Below are positions 36,723 to 45,858 of a stretch of 64,000 bases of DNA, one piece after another. The stretch lies in the NCBI GenBank assembly GCA_965242925.1, contig CBDEUM010000031.1, positions 14,513 to 78,512 of the forward strand, written 5' to 3'. Position 1 is the first letter of the stretch. Each line of letters begins with the position of its first letter. The notes under the pieces were generated by a model that saw only the letters and a program-made list of their open reading frames with translations, searched no databases and was not told the origin of the DNA. This DNA comes from Roseibacillus sp. Its GTDB lineage: Bacteria; Verrucomicrobiota; Verrucomicrobiia; Verrucomicrobiales; Akkermansiaceae. The position numbers and the translations under genes are program-made.

Positions 36723-38018
36723 CTATTCGAGGGAGTAGGCGCTCTCACCGTGGACACTCTGGTCGAGGCCTTCGTTTTCCTCTTCCTCGGAAACTCGGAG
36801 ACCGGTGGTGGCCTTCAGAATGAGGACAATAACCACCGTGCCCACCACCGAAAGGGCTGCGGTGATCCCGACCCCGATGAACTGGGTCCTAAGCTGGCTG
36901 ACCATATCGTCCACCCCGGAGCCACCGAAGGTGCTGGTCCCCAGTACCGCAACGAGGATCGATCCCATCATGCCGCCCACTCCGTGGACCGCAAAGACGT
37001 CGAGGGTGTCGTCGATTCCCAGCTTGTCCTTCACAAGGCCGCAGGCGAAGTAGCAGACCGCTCCGGCCAGGAACCCAAGGATGAGCGCACCGACCGGTCC
37101 AACATTTCCGGAGGCCGGGGTGATGGTGGCGAGACCGGCAACCATTCCGGTCACGATTCCCACCAGGCCCGCCTTGCCGGTCTTGATCTTCTCGATGACC
37201 ATCCAGGTGAGGCTGGCGGTGGCGGCCGCGATATGGGTCACCAGCATGGTGAGCCCGGCCGCTTCATTGGCCGCGAACCTGCTACCGGCGTTGAAACCGA
37301 ACCAGCCCACCCAGAGCATGGCGGCCCCGATCATGACCATCCCGGGATTGTGGGGCGGTTGCACGCTGTTCGGAAAGCCCTTGCGTGGTCCGAGCATCCT
37401 GGCGAGGACGAGAGCGGAAACGCCCGCGGTGGTGTGCACCACGATACCACCCGCGAGATCGATGGTGCCGGCCTTAAACATCCATCCTTCTGCACCCCGG
37501 AGCCAGTGGGCCACCGGAACGTAGACGATGGTCAGCCAGAGGGCGGTGAAAAGAAGGACCGCCCTGAAGCGAATCCGCTCCACGCAGGCACCCACCACGA
37601 GAACCGGGGCGATGATGGCGAAGGACATCTGGAACATCACAAAAACGGTCTCCGGAAAATCCCTGCCGTTGAGCCCTGCCACCCCATTGAGGAAGAGGTG
37701 CTGCATGTCTCCCAGGAAGGCGTTACCGTCCGAGAAGGCGAGGGTGTAGAGATCAACCACCCAGAGGATGGAGGCCAGGCAGGCGATCGCGAAACAGTGC
37801 ATCAGCACGCTGAGCACGTTCCTGGAACGGACCAGTCCGCCGTAGAACAGGGCCAGGCCCGGCAGGGTCATGAAAAGGACCAGGACCGTGGCCGTGATCA
37901 TCCAGGCCGTGTTGCCGGAGTCGAGGGCGGGCGGAGCTTCTTCCTCCGCTGCCGCGGTGCCAATGAGCGCCAGGAATGCCAGCGCCCCCGGCATGAGCTT
38001 CCCAAAGTTTGTTGTCAT
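36723..38018 (-). CDS. amt: Ammonium transporter (Amt family), divergent paralogue
   Basis: PGLALFYGGLVR, FQM.FA, D(L)AGG.VVH, LWVGWFGFNAGS, DDTLDVFAVHG; both pore histidines present. Confidence 0.95.
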   Translation of the reverse strand: MTTNFGKLMPGALAFLALIGTAAAEEEAPPALDSGNTAWMITATVLVLFMTLPGLALFYGGLVRSRNVLSVLMHCFAIACLASILWVVDLYTLAFSDGNAFLGDMQHLFLNGVAGLNGRDFPETVFVMFQMSFAIIAPVLVVGACVERIRFRAVLLFTALWLTIVYVPVAHWLRGAEGWMFKAGTIDLAGGIVVHTTAGVSALVLARMLGPRKGFPNSVQPPHNPGMVMIGAAMLWVGWFGFNAGSRFAANEAAGLTMLVTHIAAATASLTWMVIEKIKTGKAGLVGIVTGMVAGLATITPASGNVGPVGALILGFLAGAVCYFACGLVKDKLGIDDTLDVFAVHGVGGMMGSILVAVLGTSTFGGSGVDDMVSQLRTQFIGVGITAALSVVGTVVIVLILKATTGLRVSEEEENEGLDQSVHGESAYSLE

Positions 38019-38090
38019 GTTGCCATGTCCGGCCCTCAGGACACAAGAGTGCGCCTGAAACGCAACGCAATTGGCTCAACCGTTATTAAC

Positions 38091-38124
38091 AAAAACAGCC
38101 CCCGACCGCAAAGCGGTCGGGGGC
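38091..38124 (-). terminator. Strong hairpin/terminator between the two amt genes
   Basis: GCCCCCGACCGC-aaa-GCGGTCGGGGGC 12-bp stem with an A5 run on +. Confidence 0.8.
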
Positions 38125-38147
38125 CGACAAAAACCTCCCGGGAAAGC

Positions 38148-39425
38148 CTAGCGATCCGAGCCGTAGGCTCCCTCGCCGTGGTAGGTCACATCGAGACCGG
38201 AGTCTTCCTCGTCCTCGGAGACCCGTCCACCGCCGGTGAGCGCCTTGGCGATCAGGAAGGCGATCACGGACACGACCCCGGACCAGACGATCGTCACGCC
38301 AACGCTCTTGATCTGCGACAGCACATTCCCATCGAGGCCCTCCCGGAGGAAGACACCCGTCAGGATCGCTCCCACGATTCCGCCAATCCCGTGCACGCCG
38401 AAGACATCAAGACTATCGTCATAGCCAAGGGCGCGTTTGATCGAAGTCGCAAAGACGTAGCAGACCAGGCCAGCCGCGATTCCAATCACGAGGGCTCCAG
38501 TCACAGTAGTGGATCCCGAGGCCGGGGTGATCGCCACCAGGCCGGCAACCGCTCCGGTGGCGGCCCCCACGGCAGTTGGCTTCCCAGAGATAATCCACTC
38601 AATCCCAATCCAGGCCAAGACCGCAGCTGCGGTGGCAATCTGGGTCACCAGCATCGCGTAGCCCGCCACCCCATCAGCGGCGAGTTGACTGCCCGCATTG
38701 AATCCGAACCAGCCCACCCAGAGGAGCGAAGCCCCGATCACGGTGTAGGCCACATTATGGGGAGTCATGCTCGTCGTGGGATAGCCCTTGCGCTTACCCA
38801 GCATGATACAGACGACCAGCCCCGCGATCCCCGCATTGATGTGGACCACCGTGCCGCCTGCAAAGTCGCGCACATCGGGGAATTCCCCGAACAATCCGCC
38901 GCCCCACGCCATGTGCCAGACGGGGATGTAGGACCCGAGAGCCCAGAGCGTCGTGAAAATCAGGACCGCACTGAACTTCATGCGCTCCGCAAAGGCTCCC
39001 ACGATCAGGGCCGGGGTGATGATGATGAAGGTCATCTGGAACACCACGAAGACGCTCTCCGGAATGGTTCCAGACAGTGTGTCCGCTTCCACTCCCTTGA
39101 GCATCATCTTGTCCAGCCCTCCAATGAAGTTGTTGCCCCCGGTTGCCGCCAGGCTGTAGCCCACGACCACCCACAGGATCGACATGACCGCCGCAATGAC
39201 AAAACACTGCATCAGGATGGAGAGGACATTCTTGCTCCGCACCAGCCCGCCGTAGAACAGTGCCAGTCCGGGAAGGGTCATGAGGAGAACGAGCACGGCG
39301 GCCACGATCATCCAAGCCGTATCCCCGGAGTTCAGGGTCGCTTCTTCTTCCTCTGCCACAGCAGTTCCGATCAGCGCCAGGAATGCCAGCGCTCCAAATA
39401 TCAGTTTTTTCAGGTTTGTCGTCAT
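38148..39425 (-). CDS. amt: Ammonium transporter (Amt family), canonical
   Basis: FQMTF, GAFAERMKF, HMAWGGG, DFAGGTVVHINAG, GWFGFNAGS, DDSLDVFGVHG. Confidence 0.97.
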   Translation of the reverse strand: MTTNLKKLIFGALAFLALIGTAVAEEEEATLNSGDTAWMIVAAVLVLLMTLPGLALFYGGLVRSKNVLSILMQCFVIAAVMSILWVVVGYSLAATGGNNFIGGLDKMMLKGVEADTLSGTIPESVFVVFQMTFIIITPALIVGAFAERMKFSAVLIFTTLWALGSYIPVWHMAWGGGLFGEFPDVRDFAGGTVVHINAGIAGLVVCIMLGKRKGYPTTSMTPHNVAYTVIGASLLWVGWFGFNAGSQLAADGVAGYAMLVTQIATAAAVLAWIGIEWIISGKPTAVGAATGAVAGLVAITPASGSTTVTGALVIGIAAGLVCYVFATSIKRALGYDDSLDVFGVHGIGGIVGAILTGVFLREGLDGNVLSQIKSVGVTIVWSGVVSVIAFLIAKALTGGGRVSEDEEDSGLDVTYHGEGAYGSDR

Positions 39426-39460
39426 TTGTCCGTATTCACGAATGGTTGAGCCTCAAATTA

Positions 39461-39477
39461 AGCAAGGAGCGTGCCAA
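39461..39477 (-). promoter_or_regulatory. Sigma-54 (-24/-12) promoter of amt
   Basis: Minus strand TTGGCACG-CTCC-TTGCT, an exact match to TGGCACG-N4-TTGCW, 35 nt upstream of the ATG. Confidence 0.85.
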
Positions 39478-39564
39478 CTCTCCACTCCCCGCCCAAACTA
39501 CACGTAATTCACAGCCTTTTTCGTGTTCGGGAGGACCATCAACTGCTTTGTTTCCGGGAAAGTG

Positions 39565-40305
39565 ATGCGGCTCCTCCTGATCGATAACTCCAACACCCGC
39601 ACCAAGTTCGCACTCAGCGCTCCTGGTCAGCAGGGCTACGATATTCAACGGGTCCCCACCCGGGAATTGGAACCCACTTTCATCGAAAAACTGCAGGCCC
39701 TCGAATTCGATGCCTCCGTCATCTCCTCCGTCATCCCGGAGAAAGCCGCTCTCCTCCGGGAGGGACTGGCCGCGAGACCGCTCCACGAGATCTCGCACCA
39801 GAGCGCCCTGTCCATCGGCATTGACTATCCCCGTCCCGAGCAGATCGGCGCCGATCGCCTGGCCAACGCCGTGGCCGTGCACGCCCGGATTGGAGCGCCC
39901 GCCATCGTGGTCGACTTCGGAACGGCAGTCACCTTCGACGTGGTGGGAGGGTCCGGGACGCAGGCCAGCTATCTCGGCGGCGTGATTGCCCCGGGGCTGG
40001 CCTCCATGACCGATTACCTGCACCAGAGCACTGCCCTCCTGCCCGAGATTGATCTCGCCGAACCGGAATCCGCCATCGGCAAATCGACCACCGAGGCCAT
40101 GCGGGCGGGTGCGGTCTACGGCTACCGCGGGATGATCCGCGAAGTCCTCCAGGCCATTCAGCGTGAACTGGACGCCGCGCCCACCGTCCTGGCCACCGGC
40201 GGCGACGCGGCCCTCATTGCGGCGGGGCTCCCCGAAGTCCACGAGGTCATTGCAGACCTCACCCTCGAAGGCATCCGCCTCATCGGGGAGCGAAACCTTA
40301 CCTGA
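39565..40305 (+). CDS. coaX: Type III pantothenate kinase
   Basis: LLID..NT, SSV.P, IGADR, VDFGTAVTFD, GGVIAPG, ATGG. Confidence 0.93.
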   Translation: MRLLLIDNSNTRTKFALSAPGQQGYDIQRVPTRELEPTFIEKLQALEFDASVISSVIPEKAALLREGLAARPLHEISHQSALSIGIDYPRPEQIGADRLANAVAVHARIGAPAIVVDFGTAVTFDVVGGSGTQASYLGGVIAPGLASMTDYLHQSTALLPEIDLAEPESAIGKSTTEAMRAGAVYGYRGMIREVLQAIQRELDAAPTVLATGGDAALIAAGLPEVHEVIADLTLEGIRLIGERNLT

Positions 40306-40317
40306 CCAGCGCTCCAA

Positions 40318-40923
40318 TCAGCTCTTCTGACCATTTTCCCGGTCCGGAAGTCCGGGAGCTCCCTTCACGATCTCCTCGATGGCCTTCCGCACCACCTCGA
40401 AATCGGAATCATTCGTCACCGGTTCCACGTCCCGGGGAGGAGCAAGGGGCAGGTCCACCCAGGTCCGGCAACCGCCGTACTTCTTCTCGTAAGAAAGGCT
40501 GACCGTCCCGGGAAGCCGGAACACACGTACCAGCGCACAGTGAATCTGCTGCAACTCCCCGCAGTCAAACCGTTCCCTCACCAAGTCATCCGTCCAGACG
40601 TGGTAGGGCTCCAGGGCCACCACCTGCTCCCAGTCCGTGAGAGTCCGCGCCCACAGGGCTTCGCACCAGATTGAGATGGGCACCTCCTCCCCCACTTCCC
40701 ACTCTCCCGCCTCCGCCCGGAGGGAACCTGGCCCCCTGATCTGCGCCTGGGCGTGGAAGCGGGTGGGAAAAAGGAGAAAGCGCTCCTGCCTGAAAGAGAA
40801 CCCCTCCCGGCCCTCGTGAATGCCCCCCTTGCGCAGCAGGACATGCTGCCGACCCTCCCCCAGGGCATCGCAAACGGCCACCCACTCCTTGTATCCGGCA
40901 CAATGATCCACGCCCCCATTCAT
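40318..40923 (-). CDS. DUF1802 family protein
   Basis: KEW.AVC.AL..G.Q..LLRKGGIHE, FLLFPT.FH, YGGC.TW. Confidence 0.85.
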   Translation of the reverse strand: MNGGVDHCAGYKEWVAVCDALGEGRQHVLLRKGGIHEGREGFSFRQERFLLFPTRFHAQAQIRGPGSLRAEAGEWEVGEEVPISIWCEALWARTLTDWEQVVALEPYHVWTDDLVRERFDCGELQQIHCALVRVFRLPGTVSLSYEKKYGGCRTWVDLPLAPPRDVEPVTNDSDFEVVRKAIEEIVKGAPGLPDRENGQKS

Positions 40924-40989
40924 CGCCCGAGGGGCATCATGTCAAAATAATCCGTTTCCAATCTTCCCTCTTCGGCGTATGCCCGGTTC

Positions 40990-42153
40990 GTGTCCAATAC
41001 TCCGGAACAGAGTCAGGCCCATACCTTCCACGCCGTCGGCGAAGGAGATTCTCCCCTCGCCCTTCGCGAGGGCGGAACCCTTGGGGCCGTCCAGCTCTCC
41101 TACCAATCCTGGGGTGAGCTCAATACCGGGAAATCAAATGCGATCCTGATCTTTCACGCCCTCTCCGGCTCCCAGAACGTCACCGGGTTCAATCCCGCCA
41201 TTCCGGAAGCCGGCGACTTGTGGAACGGGGAGGTCCAGGAAGGCTGGTGGAACGGCATGGTCGGTCCCGGCAAGGCCATCGACACCGACCACTACTTCGT
41301 GGTGTGCTTCAACCTGCTCGGCGGGTGCTACGGTTCCACCGGACCAGCCTCACCCGATCCGCAAACCGGAGCACCCTATGGCTCCTCCTTCCCTCATGTC
41401 TCCATCTCGGACCAGGCCACGGTGGCCGACCTTCTCCTCGATCACCTAGGCATCGACTGTCTCCACGCCGTGGCCGGCCCCTCGGTTGGTGGACTGGCGG
41501 CCCTCACTTTTGCCACCAATTTTCCGGAACGGGTGCGCACCATCCTCTCGCTGGCGAGTGGCATCAGAACCACCGTCCTCAACCGGCTGATCCTCTTCGA
41601 GCAGATCCTGGCCATCGAGAACGACCCTCACTTCCGCGGTGGAGATTACTACGACCACGAACCTCCCGCCCTCGGCCTGACCCTGGCCCGGATGATCTCG
41701 CACAAGACCTTCGTCCACCTCGATGCCATCGAGCGCCGGGCCCGGCGGGACGTCATCCACCAGAGCGATGCACTCTCATGGTACCAGGTCCGCGACCAGT
41801 TCCAGAGCTACATGCTCTATCAGGGCAAGAAGTTCGTGCAGCGCTTCGATGCCAATACCTACCTGCGCATTATCGACATGTGGTCGCGCTACGATGCCGC
41901 CCGGGAAGGTGATGCCGGGAGCTATCGCGAACTTCTCACCCGCTGCAAGGAGGCGGGCCACCGCTTCCTGGTCTTTTCCATCGACTCCGACTTCTGCTTC
42001 TATCCCGAGGAACAGAGCGAACTTGTCCTCGAGTTGGAGAAGGCCGGCCTGGAGCCGGTCCACATCACGGTCCACTCCGACCGGGGCCACGACTCCTTCC
42101 TGCTGGAGCCCGCTCTCTACGCCCCGCACATTCACTACGCGCTGCGGGATTGA
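40990..42153 (+). CDS. metX: Homoserine O-acyltransferase, MetX family
   Basis: HALSG, GWW..MVGPGKAIDT, NLLGGCYGSTGP, GPSVGG, RFDANTY, SD, GHDSFLLE. Confidence 0.92.
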   Translation: MSNTPEQSQAHTFHAVGEGDSPLALREGGTLGAVQLSYQSWGELNTGKSNAILIFHALSGSQNVTGFNPAIPEAGDLWNGEVQEGWWNGMVGPGKAIDTDHYFVVCFNLLGGCYGSTGPASPDPQTGAPYGSSFPHVSISDQATVADLLLDHLGIDCLHAVAGPSVGGLAALTFATNFPERVRTILSLASGIRTTVLNRLILFEQILAIENDPHFRGGDYYDHEPPALGLTLARMISHKTFVHLDAIERRARRDVIHQSDALSWYQVRDQFQSYMLYQGKKFVQRFDANTYLRIIDMWSRYDAAREGDAGSYRELLTRCKEAGHRFLVFSIDSDFCFYPEEQSELVLELEKAGLEPVHITVHSDRGHDSFLLEPALYAPHIHYALRD

Positions 42154-42200
42154 AGGACCTGCATGGGGGCAAACCCAACGGACATTGAATTGCCTCATTC

Positions 42201-45200
42201 ATGATGCTCAGCAGCAAACACTACTTGATTGCCGCCTGCATCATCGCGCTATCTGCGTCGATTGCTGGCGCGGAGGATGGAGCAACCGGGCATGCTTTCC
42301 TTAAGACCTATTGCATGAAATGCCACAATGCAAAAAAGCATAAGGGCGATGTTCGGCTGGATCAGCTTGCTTTGCGTGTGACGGGCGACAACCACGAACT
42401 GTGGAAAGAGGTTATCCATAATATCCAGCGGGGTGACATGCCCCCCAAGGACGCCAAGCATCCCACGCAGCATGAACGCCGGGCGTTTCTTGCTGAGACG
42501 ATTGGGCCATTAACGAAATACGAGGAAGATGCGAAGGGGAGGCGGGATCCCTTGACGCGCCTGACCAACAATCAGATCGCGCATAGTCTTCAGGATTTAC
42601 TAAACACGCACCAACATATCGCTGCTGAACTCATTGGCGATCCGGCCGACAAGCATGGTTATTCGCGCCAAACAGAGCTTGGTCTGTCGGGTCCGTATCT
42701 TCAACTCTATACCAAGTCCCTTGCACGAGCTGTCGCACGTGCGATCCCCGATCCTGAGGCTCCGGTTCCGACGCCGTATCAAGTCATGGGAAACGACTGG
42801 GAAAAATGCCATTGGTCGGGTGCTTACTTTCGCGCCCTGGGCAGGCGCCAACTCTATGAGGGGCCGCAATGGCTAGGCGACAAGTTCGAAATCCCCCTGC
42901 CGCCCAAGCACGAACACCGAATGTTCTTGCGTGACAACAGCAGTGAAGGTCGATTTCGCATCGCGCTAACTGTGCTTAATGAGCCACCAACCTACGGATA
43001 CGGAGAGCATTTCCTGCTCAAATCCGGAGTACCTATCGCCAAACCGGCTCCGGATCAGGTGGTGTTAAACGATTTAACCACGCCCCTAACCGTACAAATC
43101 CCGAAGGAGGGCATCTACCAGGTAGACGTTCTCTTAAACCCACCGGCGGATGTGGTGCTCAATCCGGATTCTTCAAAATTAGAACAGGGATTGGTGGGTG
43201 CCTGGGGTTTAAACGGCGATGCCCAGGGTGAGTCCAAGCGTAAGGAAATGACGGGCAAACTCGTGGGTGGCGCAAAGTTTGTCGACTCCCCGATTGGCAA
43301 GGACGGGAAAGCAATTTCTTTGGATGGACATGATGATTCGGTAGTGATCCAGCGCAACCCATCAATGGATGTGGGGAAGGGAGATTTTACCGTGGCCGCG
43401 TGGATTAACCCGAGTCAGTTACGGCAGGCAGGCATCGTCTGCCTGGGCCGATACAACTGGGTGCATGGCTGGTATATGGACATGCTGCAAGGGGGGGTGT
43501 TACGGATTGAAACCGTCAGTCCTGCCAATCAATCCAATGGAACTGTGGCAACAAAGCCCGGCACCCTCAGGGCCAACACTTGGCAGCATGTGGCGGCGGT
43601 GGTACGACGGGGCGAGAATCAAACACGCGTGTACGTCAACGGCTTCGAGGTGGCCTCTGGAACCGTTGCCCCCACGAACTTGGATAACCCCTCGGTGGCT
43701 TTACACATTGGTCGCGTTCAGGGTTCCCGGCTTTTCAAGGGACAGATGGACGAAGTTCGTTTCTACAAACGCGCTTTGGACCTGAAGGAAATTCACGCCC
43801 TCTTGGAACCCGGTAAACAATTTGTGCGGAACCCCCCGGAGCCGCCTCAGGAACTTGTCTTGAATTTGGGTAGGCGCGATTTTACGGGCACCCTTCATCA
43901 ACCGGCATTTCTTGGAGTTCGCTTGCCAGCAGGGCCGCTGCAGGTGAGCGGTCGCTATGGAGACGGCTTAATCCCTCATCGCATCAATCTTACTCCCATG
44001 CCTGCCGAGAGTGAGTTAGCTGTTCAATATAGACAATTTGAACAACGGGAGGCCGCTCGCACGCCACAGGAACTGGCGGTCTACCTGGGGAAAACGACCT
44101 ATTGGCCGTACAAGATGGTCAAGGCGATTAAGGTGCCGGCCAAGAAAGGACTTCAGCGCTTTGAAATCTTTGGCAACCTCAGAGACCATTTGGGCGTCAG
44201 TACCGATCCCATCGTGGCTAATGATCCCACCAACCCCGGAAAATTTCGCACGCTCACCATCGTCAACCACAACGAGCTTCGAGGATACAAGTTGCCAGCA
44301 AGGTTCCGTACGAGTGAGTCCATCTTCTGTGTGCGGTCGGATGATCAATGGATTAAAGCGTTTGGTCCCAAGCCGGGCTTGATTGGGTCGAAATACGGCA
44401 ACGACAATGATCACCACGACGAACTGACAAGGGCCGGGGCGCCGGTGTATTGGAAGGCGATGAAAACGCACGGGCACGTGATCATAAAAAAGGTCGAGTA
44501 CGAAACTCCATATTTTGAGAACTGGCCCCCGAAGGGGAGTGCGCAGTTCCTCGACAAGGGGCGACTCACACGTGAGAGCCTGCCCACCAAGCTGAAGTCA
44601 TTCGCTACGAAGGCGTGGCGCCGACCTTTGGGTTCCGCTGATGCGGACTACGTCGAGAAAGTGATCGCCCAAGAGTTGGCCGCAAATGATTCTACCCTGA
44701 GTGCGTTGCGCAATGCGGTGGTCACGATCCTCTCGGACCCGCGATTCTTTTACCTGCGCCAATCAGACAATTACGACCTGGTCTCGCGTTTGTCCTATTT
44801 CCTCTGGAATGGTCCACCCGATGAAACCGCGCTGGCGTTGGCCGCGCCCAGGGATGAGCTTTCCGCCGCCGCGATTGAAGGGGAAGTGGACCGGCTCCTG
44901 GCGGATCCGCGGTCGAAACGGTTTATCAATGACTTTGTTGCGAATTGGATCGGGTTCACGACCTTTGATCAGACGGCGGTTGACCCAAACTTCTACCCGC
45001 AGTTCCGACGCCATCTCAGAGACCACATGAAGCAGGAGAGCGTCGAGTTCTTTTCCGAGATACTCTTTAAGGACCTGAGCTGCCTCAACTTCCTGGAATC
45101 GGACTTTGTGATGGTCAATGGGTGGCTCGCTGACCACTACCGAATACCGGGAGTGCATACCCAGAGGTTTACGCATGTTGCCGCCCCCACGGCTCGCGGA

Positions 45201-45836
45201 GGTGGCGCGTTGGCCCAGGGATCGGTCCTGCTTGCATACTCCACCGGTCAGGATGCGCACGCAGTTAATCGCGGGGTCTGGATTCGTTCCCGCTTGTTGG
45301 GAGATCCGCCATCGGATCCGCCCCCGAATGTGCCCGCGCTTGGTGCCCGGAAAGATAAACCGACCCAGCGCGGCCCGCTCTCGATCAAGCAGAGACTCGA
45401 ATCGCACCTGGCGGCTGGGACGACCTGCTATGACTGCCACAAGGATATCGACCCATGGGGCATTGCGATGGAGGGATTTGATGCCGTCGGTCTCCCGAGA
45501 ACAAAGATCAAGCTTTTGCCCGATTTAAAGAAAAGTAATCTTCACGCCCGTGTTTCGCGACCCGCCGGGGGCACCGTCGTGAAAGACGTGGTGATCGACG
45601 AACAGACCATTGACGGTCTCGTTCCTTTGAAGCAGCACCTTTTCAAAACACGGCAGAAGGCATTTGCGTACGCATTTACGCGCCATTTTCTGTCCCACGC
45701 GCTGGGGCGGGCGATCTCCTATCGAGACGAGGAGCAAGTGATCGCGTTGCAAAAAACTTTTGAAAACAGCGAGTACAACATGAGGGCGTTGATCAAAGCC
45801 ATCGTGACGTCGCCAGCCTTTAGGACCTTAAGGTAA
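42201..45836 (+). CDS. DUF1592-family multidomain protein (planctomycete cytochrome c, LamG-like domain, DUF1595/1592/1588/1585 region)
   Basis: YCMKCH..MPP, RLTN, LamG (FTVAAWINP, WQHVAAV, FKGQMDEVRFY), SRLSYFLW..PPD, RGVWI, PPPNVP, CYDCH.DIDPWG. Confidence 0.85.
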   Translation: MMLSSKHYLIAACIIALSASIAGAEDGATGHAFLKTYCMKCHNAKKHKGDVRLDQLALRVTGDNHELWKEVIHNIQRGDMPPKDAKHPTQHERRAFLAETIGPLTKYEEDAKGRRDPLTRLTNNQIAHSLQDLLNTHQHIAAELIGDPADKHGYSRQTELGLSGPYLQLYTKSLARAVARAIPDPEAPVPTPYQVMGNDWEKCHWSGAYFRALGRRQLYEGPQWLGDKFEIPLPPKHEHRMFLRDNSSEGRFRIALTVLNEPPTYGYGEHFLLKSGVPIAKPAPDQVVLNDLTTPLTVQIPKEGIYQVDVLLNPPADVVLNPDSSKLEQGLVGAWGLNGDAQGESKRKEMTGKLVGGAKFVDSPIGKDGKAISLDGHDDSVVIQRNPSMDVGKGDFTVAAWINPSQLRQAGIVCLGRYNWVHGWYMDMLQGGVLRIETVSPANQSNGTVATKPGTLRANTWQHVAAVVRRGENQTRVYVNGFEVASGTVAPTNLDNPSVALHIGRVQGSRLFKGQMDEVRFYKRALDLKEIHALLEPGKQFVRNPPEPPQELVLNLGRRDFTGTLHQPAFLGVRLPAGPLQVSGRYGDGLIPHRINLTPMPAESELAVQYRQFEQREAARTPQELAVYLGKTTYWPYKMVKAIKVPAKKGLQRFEIFGNLRDHLGVSTDPIVANDPTNPGKFRTLTIVNHNELRGYKLPARFRTSESIFCVRSDDQWIKAFGPKPGLIGSKYGNDNDHHDELTRAGAPVYWKAMKTHGHVIIKKVEYETPYFENWPPKGSAQFLDKGRLTRESLPTKLKSFATKAWRRPLGSADADYVEKVIAQELAANDSTLSALRNAVVTILSDPRFFYLRQSDNYDLVSRLSYFLWNGPPDETALALAAPRDELSAAAIEGEVDRLLADPRSKRFINDFVANWIGFTTFDQTAVDPNFYPQFRRHLRDHMKQESVEFFSEILFKDLSCLNFLESDFVMVNGWLADHYRIPGVHTQRFTHVAAPTARGGGALAQGSVLLAYSTGQDAHAVNRGVWIRSRLLGDPPSDPPPNVPALGARKDKPTQRGPLSIKQRLESHLAAGTTCYDCHKDIDPWGIAMEGFDAVGLPRTKIKLLPDLKKSNLHARVSRPAGGTVVKDVVIDEQTIDGLVPLKQHLFKTRQKAFAYAFTRHFLSHALGRAISYRDEEQVIALQKTFENSEYNMRALIKAIVTSPAFRTLR

Positions 45837-45858
45837 CCCATGAGCGGAGAAGTAACCC

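Noticed and set aside
36504..39449. 981-aa + strand ORF spanning both amt genes
   Set aside because: Antisense shadow of two well-supported genes in GC-rich DNA with strong codon bias; no recognisable motifs. The same applies to most other overlapping ORFs in the track.
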